From Octopus vulgaris (lineage: Eukaryota), in contig OX597834.1 of the NCBI GenBank assembly GCA_951406725.2, forward strand, positions 16,120,001-16,184,000: DNA of 64,000 nt, written 5' to 3'. Under the pieces are notes generated by a model that made no database searches, was not told the DNA's origin, and saw only the letters and a program-made list of their open reading frames with translations. Within the stretch, counting starts at the first letter, position 1. Each line of letters starts with the position of its first letter. Position numbers and translations under genes: made by a program. Below are positions 50,789 to 64,000 of this stretch, piece after piece.

Positions 50789-51789
50789 TGAAACGGCTGG
50801 CTAGATGAATGGATGGATAGGTAGCTGGATGGAAGAGAGAAAAGCCGGATTGTTAAATGGAAAAGCTATGATGGACAAATACATTGATAAAAGGACAATG
50901 GACAGGTAGACATGTACCAGTGGACGGAAATACGTTATGTAGATGGATAGAATGAGAGAGGAAATGATAGATAGCTAGATATATAAATCGATAGCCAGAC
51001 AGTCAAAGAATGGTTGGATGGACAAACAGACAGAGGCATATAGAGAAGCAAATGTGAGGCATGGCAGATAATGAACATGTACAAGCATATAAATATGGAA
51101 GCACAGAGAGAGAAAAATAGTTGGATAGAGAGATAAATGGGTAGGAAGACAGCTGAAAGATAGGTGAACACAGAGATAGAGACAATAAACATATTCTTTC
51201 ATACTTTAATGAATGGCTCTGAATACATTAGATATTACGTCTTTTCACAGCAGCCTTAATGACTATTATACCATGTAGTATGACCACCATTCACCACTAT
51301 TAACATAACCAACCACTAAAAACTTAGACGCCACTCTTAGTAACCATTTTGTTTGCTTGTTTGCTTCATTGATTGATTGATTGATTGATTGATTGAGCGA
51401 TTGGTTGATTGATTGATTTACTGCTTCAGTGCTCACTCTGCCAACTCAGAAACTACTGAAGCTAGTGAGTCTAAATTTCTTTTATCAACACTTATTAACC
51501 AAAATAAAAGATTTGCTTCTCTTTTTTTTTCCTCCAGTTTTTTTCTTTCATTTTTCTTTTTTTTTTTTTTTTTTGGCTTTTGGCAATTGTCTGAGGTGAA
51601 TTACAGGTTATAATGAAAACAAAATGAGTTATATTAGAAGCAAAATGTAATAGAAAAAGGAATTGAATTGAATTGAATCAAAATGAAACTTGTTACACAA
51701 GAAATGAAATGCAGCAAAATACAGAAGAAAAAAACCCCTCAAAAATAACAATAAAAAAACACGTTCACGGACATAATTACATAGCAACA

Positions 51790-52043
51790 CAATTTCCTTC
51801 TGATATTGGTAGTTATTATAATAATAGTAGTTGGTAGTGCAAGAATAAATTTCAAACACCTAGCACATATGGAGAAAAAAATTCATTCACACACACACAA
51901 AGTATATAAGTACAGAGAGAAATAATTTCTTTCTGATAGCAATTAGCAGCTATACTAGTATTTTCAATAAATTCAAATATTGACCATATATGTAGAAAAA
52001 AATTCCTCCACACACACACACATCATCATCATCATCATCATCA

Positions 52044-52095
<52 letters not shown>

Positions 52096-52436
52096 ATCCT
52101 TAATTTCTTTCTGATAGCAATTGGTGGCTACATAAGTATTTTCAATAAATTCAAATATTGACCATATATGTAGAAAAAAATTCCTCCACACACACACACA
52201 CACACATACACACACGTATATAGGTAGAGAGGAAAATAATTTCTTTCTGATAGCAATTGGTGGCTACATAAGTATTCTCAATAAATTCAAATATCGGACA
52301 TAGACCTAGAAAAAAAAAAAATTCATTCTCACATACACACACATACACACAAACACAGACGTATAAAGCTGCAGAGGAAAATAATTTCTTTCTGATAGCA
52401 ATTAGCAGCTATAATAGCATTCTCAATAATAGATTC
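51790..52436. repeat. Tandem repeat of 130-180 bp units, about 5 copies
   Basis: aatttctttctgatagcaatt anchors near 51790, 51924, 52102, 52238, 52383. Confidence 0.9.
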
Positions 52437-52570
52437 AAACAGTGACCACGAATGAAGAGAAGAAAAGAAAAAAATTTCTGTTGGTTTTTTTTTTTTGGTT
52501 TTTTTTTGTTTTTGGTTCTTTTAGAAAAATTATTCGGTTACGTAACACTGGGTAAAATAATATTTCTTGT

Positions 52571-52677
52571 TTACGTAATATTGGGTGAGATACGAGGAAA
52601 AGCATGTCGAATGTCACTGGTTTTGCTTTTACTGTGTACAGACACACGCTTACACAACAGTCTATATAAAGTAAATT
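52571..52677 (-). CDS. Candidate terminal exon (phase 1 xFTLYRLLCKRVSVHSKSKTSDIRHAFPRISPNIT*)
   Basis: Acceptor ctgtctgtttgtctttattcaccag, 35 open codons. Confidence 0.33.
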
Positions 52678-53044
52678 CTGGTGAATAAAGACAAACAGAC
52701 AGGTAAATGCCAAAAAAAAAAAAAAAAGAAACAGAGTGAGAAATAAATAGACAGAGAGATAGACAAACGGATTGTAGACTAACAGACAGACAAAATAATA
52801 AATAATATGATGAGAAATATACTGTTTGTTATTTTTAAAACACTTTAGCCATACTAACACTAAATATCTACTCTTTTTTTTTCTTTCTTTTCTCTTTATT
52901 TTGCATTTTTTTTTTGTTTTGTTTGTTTTTTTGGGGAGGTTTTTTTTTTGCCTTTTTACTTTTACATTTCCTGTTTTGCTTTCTTCCCACACTTGTGAGT
53001 GAGGAATGGAAAAAATATAAACTCACAAAATAAAAAAATAAAAA

Positions 53045-53880
<836 letters not shown>

Positions 53881-54730
53881 TGTGAATGCAAAGCAAAATG
53901 CAAGAAACACCACATGTGTCAAATAAAGAAATGCATTAAACATTCTAAATGTAGCATTTGGGGAGGAAGAAATATAAAAAAAAAAGGAAATTTATGCAGC
54001 TTCGACTCCTGCCCTCCTCCCCTCCCGTACCTCCTCTTTCTCACCCCACCCAACCACCCCACTTTCCCATCCTGTTCCAAAATATATTGATTCCAGCAAC
54101 AGCTACAGCTCTGCTATACTTATGCAGAAAACACACCTACGAACATCGTTTACAAACCGACCAGGGTGCATCAAAGTGGCTGCAACGATGACCCGGCTAG
54201 AAATAGCACTCAAATCTCTCTGTCGAAACTACAACATCCGACATCAACATCAACATCAATCCTCATCGCTGATCTTTTAATATCCGCATTTACATGCTAG
54301 CGTGGGTCAGAGAGATTTTATTAATTCATTGAGGAAGATTTTTCCTGTAGTCGGATGCCCTTCCTGTTTCCAAGCGAGTAATACTTCTCCAAGGCCAAAC
54401 ACAAGTTCTCAAAGAATATTGAAAACGACATTGCTTGCATGGCAGTGACATATCACATCATGTTAAGACAACAACAACACAAATACGAATACATATATAC
54501 AATGGGCTTCTTTCAGTTTCCATCTAGTGAATCTCAACTATTGATAAATTTACCTCCTTCAAGTAAAGAGTTGTATGGCAGGAGAAAAGGACAGCAAATA
54601 CAAAAAAACCTGATCATACCTCATATGAAATAGCAGCTTAAAAGCCACAATCAGTGCAGACTTTTAAGCTAGCTCCTGTGAAGGACTAATTGGGGTCTGC
54701 AGCCCAAAACTAAGGAGAGCAATAATAATA

Positions 54731-54958
54731 TATTTCTTTACTACCCACAAGGGGCTAAACACAGAGGAGACAAACAAGGACAGAAAAACGGATTAAGTCG
54801 ATTACATCGACCCCAGTGCGTAACTGGTACTTAATTTATCGACCCCAAAAGGATGAAAGGCAAAGTCGACCTCGGCGGAATTTGAACCCAGAACGTAACG
54901 GCAGACGAAGTACGGCTACGCATTTTGCCCGGTGTGCTAACGTTTCTGCCAATTTGCC
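54731..54958 (-). mobile_element. SINE family C
   Basis: Colinear with the family. Confidence 0.9.
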
Positions 54959-55204
54959 TCAGTAATAAAGTATTTATTGGTACCTTACCAATACGGTACT
55001 ATCCTACCAATATGGTATTACTTTAAAATTCAGTTTAAATGAAAAACTTGTAAGTTCCCAAATTTTTGGAGTTCTTTTAGAATTTGAATTTTCAACTGAT
55101 AGCATACAACAAATCTTCATCCAGACCTGATCCCAATGCTGGATGTTCAAGAGCCAAATGAAGGGCAGATTTTCAATCCTGGGATCATCCCGATTCCAAA
55201 AAGA

Positions 55205-55437
55205 TATAATGTGTCTACATAGTTCCTTTAAAACTAAACTGGATCTCTTCTTGTCAGGGGTCTCAGATAAACCTACCTCACGACAGGAGACACAGATGCG
55301 GGCAGCGGCATCGAACTCCCTTGTTGACCAAGTGCCACGTATCAGAGGTGGATTCACATATTAGTGTAGCTCATTCAGCGGTAGTGCCCCAGCATGGCCG
55401 CGGCCTTCAGGCTAAAACATTTTTAAGGATTTAAGGA
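55205..55437 (+). mobile_element. CR1-clade LINE extreme 3' end (third family)
   Basis: FKTKLDLFLSGVSDKP...RAAASNSLVDQ motif; tail (tttaagga)2. Confidence 0.75.
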
Positions 55438-55922
55438 TAGGTAAATGTAGACTGAGATACAGAGATCCTGGATGGATGAACAAACAGAATTTGAGGTTTA
55501 AAAATTTTTTTTAATTGTTTAATTTTTGCATACACTTTTTGGCTCTTGGGTTTACATACTCATGGTGTATTAATAAAATAATGATGGAAGATGTGTTATC
55601 ACAAAACAACGCCAAAATAAACATACATCAAAAAGTTAAAACAACGACTAACATGAAAAGGGAATGGTTTTATAAAACTGTGCATCATTAGAAAGCATCT
55701 TAAGTCTGCTTATAATTTGACTGTAAATTTCATAGAACTCACTCCTAATACTTCATGAGGATAATCAAACTCTCTAGGATGTCTGGAAAACATATATGTG
55801 ATTTAGCTGATGAATACTGGACATTTGTATTTGCTGCAATATTTGCAGCTTCAAATAAAATTGCTCTTAGTATGAAACAATTGTACTAAACTACTAATCT
55901 ATTCTTGTAGCTTTTTTCTTGG

Positions 55923-55968
<46 letters not shown>

Positions 55969-55973
55969 TATAA

Positions 55974-56179
55974 AGAGATGCAGCACAGAATTTTATCAGT
56001 GAACAGGTCGTGGTCTCAAAGCGACGAAAATATTTTGACAAATTAAATTTAAGTGTTGAAGTGAATCTAACGGTTTTTGTGAGTTTCTTAAATGGCTTAT
56101 AAACACCTTACATGCTGCAATTGTTTTCGTTCCAGCACATGATCTCAAATCAAGTCACTTGCTAAGCAAGTACATCTCC
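55974..56179. mobile_element. Short DNA-transposon-like element
   Basis: Terminal gagatg / catctc within AT-rich flanks; superfamily not assigned. Confidence 0.45.
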
Positions 56180-57243
56180 ATTATATATATATAAATATGC
56201 ACCAGGTTTTTTTTTTTCCTGCACAACTTCTTCCTACTAGTTTCCACTCAGAAGGCATTAGCCAGCTCGATACTATGAGAGAAAATGCACAAGGTATCCC
56301 ATAGTAAGATTGAACCAGGAACCATGTGGTTGTAAAGCAAAGTTCTTAAACAAACAGCCATTGTTCCAGCACAGTGATAGTCACACATATACCAAATCAG
56401 AAATAAAACTTACTATTAATAAAAGAAGAAAAATCAATTTTAATGAACTACAGTGATAATCAAATTAAAAGATAATTAACACAAAAATAAGTCAAATAGA
56501 ATTACTTGTACGTACGTACATACATACATACATACATACATACATACTTATGTACACACATAAACACTACATACATATGTACATACACACACATATATAT
56601 ACATACATGGAAACCAAAAATACAACTCCCAATTGATAAAATTAAATATAACCACTTATAGAAATATCCAAACAGATTCAAATTAAAAAAAGAACTATGA
56701 GTTAAAAGATTAAAAATCACAGATAAAGAAATAATTCCAGTCTGATGGGAGCAGGGTGGCAGGGGTAGGGTACAGGTCAGAGCTTAGGTCCTGGTTTCAT
56801 AGCGATAAATAATTAAGAGGGAACATTTTTTCCCTGACGAGAATATCCAGTCTCTTATGAGTAGCATCATCATAATCGTCATCATTGTTTTTACGTCCAC
56901 TTTTTCCATGCTTGCATGGGTCAGATGAAGTTCACAAAGGAAAATTTGCTACAGTCAGGTGCCCCTTCTGTCACTAACCCTTGCCTGTCTCCAAATAAGG
57001 TAATATTTCCCCACAGCCAGAACATGTGCATTGCAGCAGATTGGGAATGAATGATATTCATTCACAGCAATCACACAAGGTCAAGATAAGGAGACACAAG
57101 CACATATACATATACGAAGGGCTTCTTTCAGTTTTCATTTACTAAACCCACAAGGCTTTGGTTGGCCAGGGGCTAATATGATAGATGTGGAGCGAGAGTG
57201 CACCTGAAACATGCAAGTGGAAAGTAGGCTTCTTAACCATACA

Positions 57244-57687
57244 TATTTCTTTATTACCCACAAGGGGCTAAACACAGAGGGTACAAACAAGGACAGACAT
57301 AGGTGTTAAGTCGATTACATCGAACCCAGTGTGTAACTGGTACTTAATTTATCGACCCCGAAAGGATGAAAGGCAAAGTCAACCTCAGCGGAATTTGAAT
57401 CACAACGTAACGGCAGATGAAATACCACTAAGCATTTCGCCCGGCGTGCTAACATTTCTTATTTCTTTATTGCCCACAAGGGGCTAAACACAGAGGGGAC
57501 AAACAAGGACAGACATAGGTATTAAGTCGATTACATCGAACCCAGTGTGTAACTGGTACTTAATTTATTGACCCTGAAAAGATGAAAGGCAAAGTCGACC
57601 TCGACGGAATTTGAACTCAGGACGTAACGGCAGACGAAATACGGCTACGCATTTCGCCCGGCGTGCTAACGTTCCTGCCAGCTCACC
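57244..57687 (-). mobile_element. Tandem dimer of SINE family C inside a family A head
   Basis: Single 16-bp TSD gcttcttaaccataca at 57228-57243 and 57688-57703. Confidence 0.9.
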
Positions 57688-58048
57688 GCTTCTTAACCAT
57701 ACAGCCACGTCTGTGCCTACATTAATAACAATCTCAAATGGGTTGGTTTGTACCTCACGCTGATGACAGCAAGGTGAATCTCACCTCTAACTAACGACAG
57801 CTAGGTGAATCAAAGAAGCGATGAAGCGTACGAAAATTAAATTAAATGAAATGAAATGAAAATGTTGTTCAGCTCTCAACAGCCAGCAGCAAATTGAACT
57901 GTTGACCACGAGAGACAACACTGAGCTCCCTTCATTTAACTACCAGACCATCTCACCTCCAAATACACAGTAATATTAATAGAGAGAGAGGAAATGAGTG
58001 AGAGAGAGAGAGAGAGAGAGGGAGGGAGAGAGAACTTTGCAGAAATAA

Positions 58049-58098
58049 TCAACAATAGAAAATACTGGCTAACTGCTTCGAGAAACTTCCCATAAAAC
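58049..58098 (-). CDS. Candidate terminal exon (phase 1 xFMGSFSKQLASIFYC*)
   Basis: Branch-like ttctgac plus acceptor ttccatatatcctag. Confidence 0.25.
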
Positions 58099-58399
58099 CT
58101 AGGATATATGGAATGTCAGAAGGGTTAAAATGAAAATATTGGAATTTCTCGTACATAAAGCAAAAAAGGCAAAATAAAACGTACATAAATTTGTTACCAT
58201 CATCATCATCATTATTATTATTATTATTATTATCGTTATATTTATTTTTGTTATTATTATTATTATTATTATATCATTATATTTATTATTATTATTATTA
58301 TCATTATACTTATTATTATTATTATTATTATTATTATATTTATCATTATTATTATTATCATTGTTATATTTATTATTATTATTATTATTATCATTGTTA

Positions 58400-58458
<59 letters not shown>

Positions 58459-58950
58459 TATCATTATACTTATTATTATTATACTTATTATTATTATTAT
58501 TATTATTATTATCATTATTATTATTATCATTATTGTTGTTGTTATTGTTGTTGCTGCTGGTGCTGCTGCTGCTGCTGTTGTTTCCAAAGAAGACAACAAA
58601 GCAAACTATTTTACTAATAATAACAGTCAATATATATATATGTATATTTCTTGTTTTTTGGGGAGATGTGGAGGTGGGGGTGGGGCGGGGATGGGGGGGG
58701 ATGTGTGGTGGGGAGGGATGTGGGTGGGGGAGCTGCAGATGCAGTGGTATTTTGCATGTTTTTCTCTTAAAATTTACGTTTATTGTTTGACGGATTATTA
58801 TATATTTGATTGTTTGGTCTACGTTTTATTTCTTGTTTATTCTCTCTATCTAATGTTGTTGTTGTTGTTGGTGTTGGTGTTGTTGTTGTTGTTGTTTCTT
58901 ACTTACGTTCTTCATTCACGTGTTTGTGTACATATGTGTGAGAGAAAGAT

Positions 58951-58981
<31 letters not shown>

Positions 58982-59189
58982 ATACCTATATACACACACA
59001 CACTCACACATATATATATACACAAACATACATATATAAACATACATATATATCTACATACATACACACATATATAAACACATATACACATATATAGATA
59101 TATCTATAACTATATCTATATATATATTGATACATACATATACACATATAGATATACATATGTATACACATACAGATATACATATGTAT

Positions 59190-59220
<31 letters not shown>

Positions 59221-59924
59221 CATATTCACATATAAATATACATATATATATACATATACACACAAACACATATATAGATATATAGAGATATATATATACA
59301 TACATATATATATACATATACACACAAACACATATATAGATATATAGAGATATATATATACATACATATATATATGTATATATATATATGTATGTATATA
59401 TATATACACAGAAAGATGGGGAAGAGAGAGACGGGAGGGTAAGAGGAACAGACAATAAGTGAGAGAGAGAGAGAGAGAGAGAGAAGCGGGGGGGGATTGG
59501 AAGAGGAGGGGATAATCTCATGCCACCTTCCTCACATCACAACATTCCTGAAGATGGTGGATTTAGCAGAATAACAAGTATGACAAGTTAATCTCCATTG
59601 TAAAACAGAAAACACCAAACAAAACGCAAAGATGGTAGCCAAAGAAAGACCCTCTGGCTGAACACAGAAGAAGCTAGTAGTGGTACATCACAGTGAAGGA
59701 ACGGTGGAGCGTAATTAATGGTGTGGTGGTGGTGGTGGCGTACAGAGAAGTGGGCGATGGTGGCATTGGAATAACAGTGTAGTGACTGACAGTGTACAGT
59801 ATAGAATTAAGTGGTAGTCCACAGTGGTAATGTGTGGTGGTGGTGGTGGTGGTGTATGGTGTGGGGTGCTGAGGAATGGTGTGCTGGTAGCGTGCAGTGT
59901 TGAGTGAGGAGTGGTGGAAGGAGG

Positions 59925-61500
59925 TAGTGTAGTGTAAGGTGTGATGGAAGTGTATACCCAGTGTAGTTTGACAGGGTGCCAGAAGGGTATATACAGTGTA
60001 GTGTGGTGGTGTGACGGAAGAGTATAAAGTGAGAGTCTAGTGGAAGTGTAAAGTGATGAGATGGTGCAAGTGTAATGTAGTATGAGGATGTGATGGAAGT
60101 GTATATACAGTGTAGTTTGACAGGGTGCCAGAAGGGTATATACAGTGTAGTGTGGTGGTGTGATGGAAGAGTATAAAGTGAGAGTCTAGTGATAGTGTAA
60201 AGTGATGAAATGGTGCAAGTGTAATGTAGTATGAGGATGTGATGGAAGTGTATATACAGTGTAGTGTGACAGTGTGCCAGAAGAGTATATACAGTGTAGT
60301 GTGGTGGTGTGATGGAAGAGTATAAAGTGAGAGTCTAGTGGAAGTGTAAAGTGATGAGATGGTGCAAGTGTAATGTAGTACGAAGATGTGATGGAAGTGT
60401 ATATACAGTGTAGTGTGACAGTGTGCCAGAAGAGTATATACAGTGTAGTGTGGTGGTGTGATGGAAGAGTATAAAGTGAGAGTCTAGTGATAGTGTAAAG
60501 TGATGAGATGGTGCAAGTGTAATGTAGTATGAAGATGTGATGGAAGTGTATATACAGTGTAGTGTGACAGTGTGCCAGAAGAGTATATACAGTGTAGTGT
60601 GGTGGTGTGATGGAAGAGTATAAAGTGAGAGTCTAGTGATAGTGTAAAGTGATGATATGATGGAAGTGTAATGTAGTATGAAGGTGTGATGAAAGTGTAT
60701 TCACAGTGTAGTGAGACAGTGTACCAGAAGAGTATATACAGTGTAGTGTGACGATGTGATGGAAGTGTGTATAGAGTAAAGTGAGAGTCTAGTGGTAGCA
60801 TAAATTGATGGTGTCATGGAAGTGTAATCAAGTATGAAAGTGTGACAGAAGTGTATACACAGTGTAGTGTAACACTGTGTCAGAAGGTATATGTATACAT
60901 ACAGTGTAGTGTGAGAATGTGAAGGATGTGTACAGAGTAAAATGAGGGGCTAGTGGAAGTGTAAAGTGCTGATATGGTGGAAATATAATGTAAAGTTATG
61001 ATGGAAGTGTATATACAGTGTAGTGTCAGGTTATGATGAAAGTGTATACACAGTGTAGAGTAAGGTTGCAATGGAAATGTATATACAATGTAGTGTGAGG
61101 CTATGATGAACGTGTATATTCAGAGTAGTGTGAAAGTATAATGGAAGTGTATAGTGTAGTTGCAGTGTAGAGTGCGGATGTAATGGAAGTGTATATTCAG
61201 TGTTTTTAAATAATTCTTTTCCTGATAAATCAGAAATTCATTCTAGTTTGATGTATTAAACCTAATTTAGAAGCAAATTTTGAACTTCAGTTTCCATAAA
61301 ATATGTCGTCCCTACCCACAGGAGGTGAAGGAAGTGTATATTCAGTGTAGTGTGGGGGCATGCTAGAAGTATACATTCAGAGTAGTGTGAGGGTGTACTG
61401 GAAGTGTACAATGTACAGTGAATGTGTGGTGGTGGTGGTATACAGTGTATAACAAGGATGGAGTGTAAGGATGCAGTGTAGAGTGAAACTACTGCAACAG
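59925..61500. repeat. Satellite with a 149-bp higher-order unit grading into ~40-bp monomers
   Basis: gagagtctag anchors at 60031, 60180, 60329, 60478, 60627, 60783. Confidence 0.93.
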
Positions 61501-61564
61501 TGTACGGTGTACACTGAGAGGATAATGGGAGGAAACAGTATAGAGTGATGGGGTGGTGGCAAAG

Positions 61565-61816
61565 TGGTAGTATGTGATGACAGCAGTGCTGTAGCCTGGA
61601 ATGACAATAGTGTTGTAGCATGTGATGACAGCAGTGTATTAGTATGTGATGATGACAGTGTGGTAGCACGTGATGACGGTAATTTGGCAGCACATGATGA
61701 TGACAGTGTGGTTGCAGCGTGTGATGATGACACTGTAGTAACATATGATGACAGTAGTTGAATAGCATGTGATGACAGTGTAGCAACACATGAAGACAAC
61801 AAAGTGGTAGCACATG
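61565..61816. repeat. Degenerate ~24-bp tandem repeat
   Basis: gtagcatgtgatgacagcagt-like units. Confidence 0.85.
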
Positions 61817-62000
61817 ATTTCAAGCTTATCTTCAAATAAAGATATTCTCGACGCACTGGCTCCCACTTACAATGAGGCGCTAGCAGCCAGCGGGTTCAAG
61901 GACCCTATAGTATATACACCAGGACTGAGTAACCATAAAAGGAAACACCACTGCAAGACCTTATGGTTTGCTCCCCGTTTCTCCCTAAACGTCTGGACAT
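61817..62000 (+). mobile_element. Penelope-like ORF fragment (post-RT linker)
   Basis: ISSLSSNKDILDALAPTYNEALAASGF...RKHHCKTLWFAPRFSLNV resembles the PLE pattern LSS..F....Y..AL..SG...WFNPPFS.NV. Confidence 0.75.
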
Positions 62001-62225
62001 GCGTAGATTTGACTGGGGACTGGCATGCCAGGAGGCCACCCCAGGCTCCAGTCTGATCCGGCAGTGTTTCTACAACTGGATGCCCTTCCTAACATCAACT
62101 ACTCCAAGAGTGTCATGGGTACTTTTTACGTTCCACCAGCACAGGAGCCATTCAGGTGGCACTGGCATCGGCCATGTTCAGATGGTGCTTTTTACGTGCT
62201 ACTGGAACAGGAGCCAGTCAGGGCG

Positions 62226-62330
62226 TACTCTGAGTTTCACCTGTAATTGTGCACAGGATCTACAGGTAAATTATAACAGATTATGATGTAACTTACCTGA
62301 AGATCCAGTGCACTTACAGGTGAAAGAGTA
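62226..62330. other. Imperfect ~45-bp stem hairpin
   Basis: tttcacctgtaattgtgcacaggatctacaggtaaattataaca versus the reverse complement of tgatgtaacttacctgaagatccagtgcacttacaggtgaaa. Confidence 0.85.
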
Positions 62331-63100
62331 GCAAGAGACTGACTTGATTGACCAAAATAATATATCATTAATCTCCACTGTAGTCTTGAGTCCTCATTTT
62401 CTCAAAAGTTAACAGAAAAAGGGATACGTGTGTCTGTGTCTGTGTTCATTGTAGCACTGCTTAACAACTGGTGTTGGTTTGTTTCCATCCCTGTAACTTA
62501 GCAATTTCACAAAAGAGACTGATAGAATATGTACCAAGCGTTGAAAAAAACAAATGAACTAAATTAACTACGGTTAATTTACCTAAATTCTTGAAGGTGA
62601 TACCCCAGCATGGCCACAATGCAATGACTGGAACAAGTAAAAGATAAAATAACAATACAATCTGTTCTTGTAGGCTTATAGATTAAACCCAAGACAGCCT
62701 TGACCCAAGGGATATCATATATGGAAATTTCTATAAACGGACTCAGTGTACCTTGGACTACATCATCCCAATGCATCATTTCATATCTTTAATTTATTTT
62801 CATTTTACTTCTGCAGTGTATGATAAGGGGGAGATTTGGTTGCTATTTCTAACAAGCTCATTCTTTGGCTCCTTGCAGCGGCACTGCCTTGAAATGCTTT
62901 GCCAAACAAACCGAACCCAGAGCTTACTTTTTTCTTTTCCTTTTTGAAAGCTGGTGCTTCAACTATCAGTAACACAAACACACACACATTTAGATACACA
63001 CAAACATATATATACACAACAAGCTTTTTTTCAGTTTCTGTCTTCCAAATCCACTCACAAGGCTTTGGCCATCTTTCAGCTATAGCATACCAGATATATA

Positions 63101-63137
<37 letters not shown>

Positions 63138-63173
63138 TATAGATATATATGTAGATATATATATATAAATATA

Positions 63174-63555
63174 TCTATTATATAAAATTCATTCTGTTTG
63201 TCTGTGTGTTTGTCTTCTAGGATCTCGGGCATCTTTCATCCGATTGCGCTCAAATTTTATATGTAGATACTGACGGTATCAGGGTGTGTATAAGTCTTGA
63301 AAAAATTACAAAAATCGATTCCAGGTGAGAATGCGATCAATAAAGCCATGGGAACGTGTATTTGTAAAATCGTTTTTCTTGGAATAGAAAAAAAGTCTAT
63401 CTTTATTTCTTCTTTTGCTGGTGTCTAAATTTAAGTTAAATCAGTGTTTCTCAAAAGGGAGGTCTATGGGACGGTCGGACAAGTTGTTTTGAGAAAATTT
63501 GGCTTAAATGTTTGACAACTCAGTACCATCCATTGGATGGGGGGGGGGGCGTTTT
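63174..63555 (+). mobile_element. Helitron-like 5' fragment
   Basis: A|TCtattatataaaa start, gtttgtctgt tract, ccgattgcgctcaaattt core; 3' CTAG end not found. Confidence 0.55.
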
Positions 63556-63566
63556 GGTCATATATA

Positions 63567-63986
63567 TATATACAAAATAAGAAAATGAAGAAATACATCC
63601 AAATCAAATATCAACTACCAGATAGTACCCAATCACATACTTTATTAAACCACTACATAAGAAACTTCAAGGTCAAACATAATAATATAGAACAAAACAG
63701 TGTACATAAAGGAGTGTACATAAAGGAGTAATATGATACAATAAGTACAATATGTATAAGAGAATATATATATATAAATATAAACTACATCTTACAGCTG
63801 TTTCGGCCATGCAGATAAGTATGTCTCATTTTACTTATATTAGCCATGTGTAGTGGTCAATATGTAGTTATAAATGTGACTCATTTATAACTACATATTG
63901 ACCACTACACATGGCTAATATAAGTAAAATGAGACATACTTATCTGCATGGCTGAAACAGCTGTAAGATGTAGTTTATATTTATAT
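63567..63986. mobile_element. Repeat copy (see 10384) with a near-perfect terminal palindrome
   Basis: Arms 63772-63876 and 63882-63986, 5-nt loop, one mismatch seen. Confidence 0.88.
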
Positions 63987-64000
63987 TTATTTATATTTAT

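Noticed and set aside
51433-51470. DSLASVVSELAE* resemblance to a tropomyosin last exon
   Set aside because: Too short, weak acceptor and no other tropomyosin-like exons
62291-62400. CAG|gtaagt donor as the constant exon feeding the candidate array
   Set aside because: No convincing upstream acceptor and coding frame; the motif lies in a hairpin arm

Overview
AT-rich eukaryotic DNA dominated by microsatellites and transposons. The mix of tRNA-derived SINE families, CR1/RTE/R4-Dong/Penelope LINE remnants, MITEs, Helitrons and very long (TA)n, (TAA)n, (GAT)n and (CA)n tracts resembles an Octopus (coleoid cephalopod) genome; this is an inference from repeat families I recognise. No intact gene is present. 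Almost all ORF-track entries are microsatellite artefacts, and the ORFs with recognisable protein motifs are decayed transposon fragments. Three things stand out. (1) Many short unique islands between the repeats begin with a strong minus-strand splice acceptor followed by a short phase-1 reading frame and a stop. One is a well-formed two-exon module (29979-29894 + 29794-29735) encoding an acidic tail rich in sorting motifs. This could be an array of alternative last exons of a gene whose shared exons lie beyond the right edge; it is a hypothesis that needs RNA data. (2) Several unrelated inverted-repeat elements carry degenerate minimal hammerhead ribozyme cores of the Penelope type. (3) There are informative retroelement rearrangements: SINE/LINE tail sharing, an RTE-bounded local duplication, and nested insertions with target site duplications. 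Coordinates were read by eye, so repeat boundaries are approximate.
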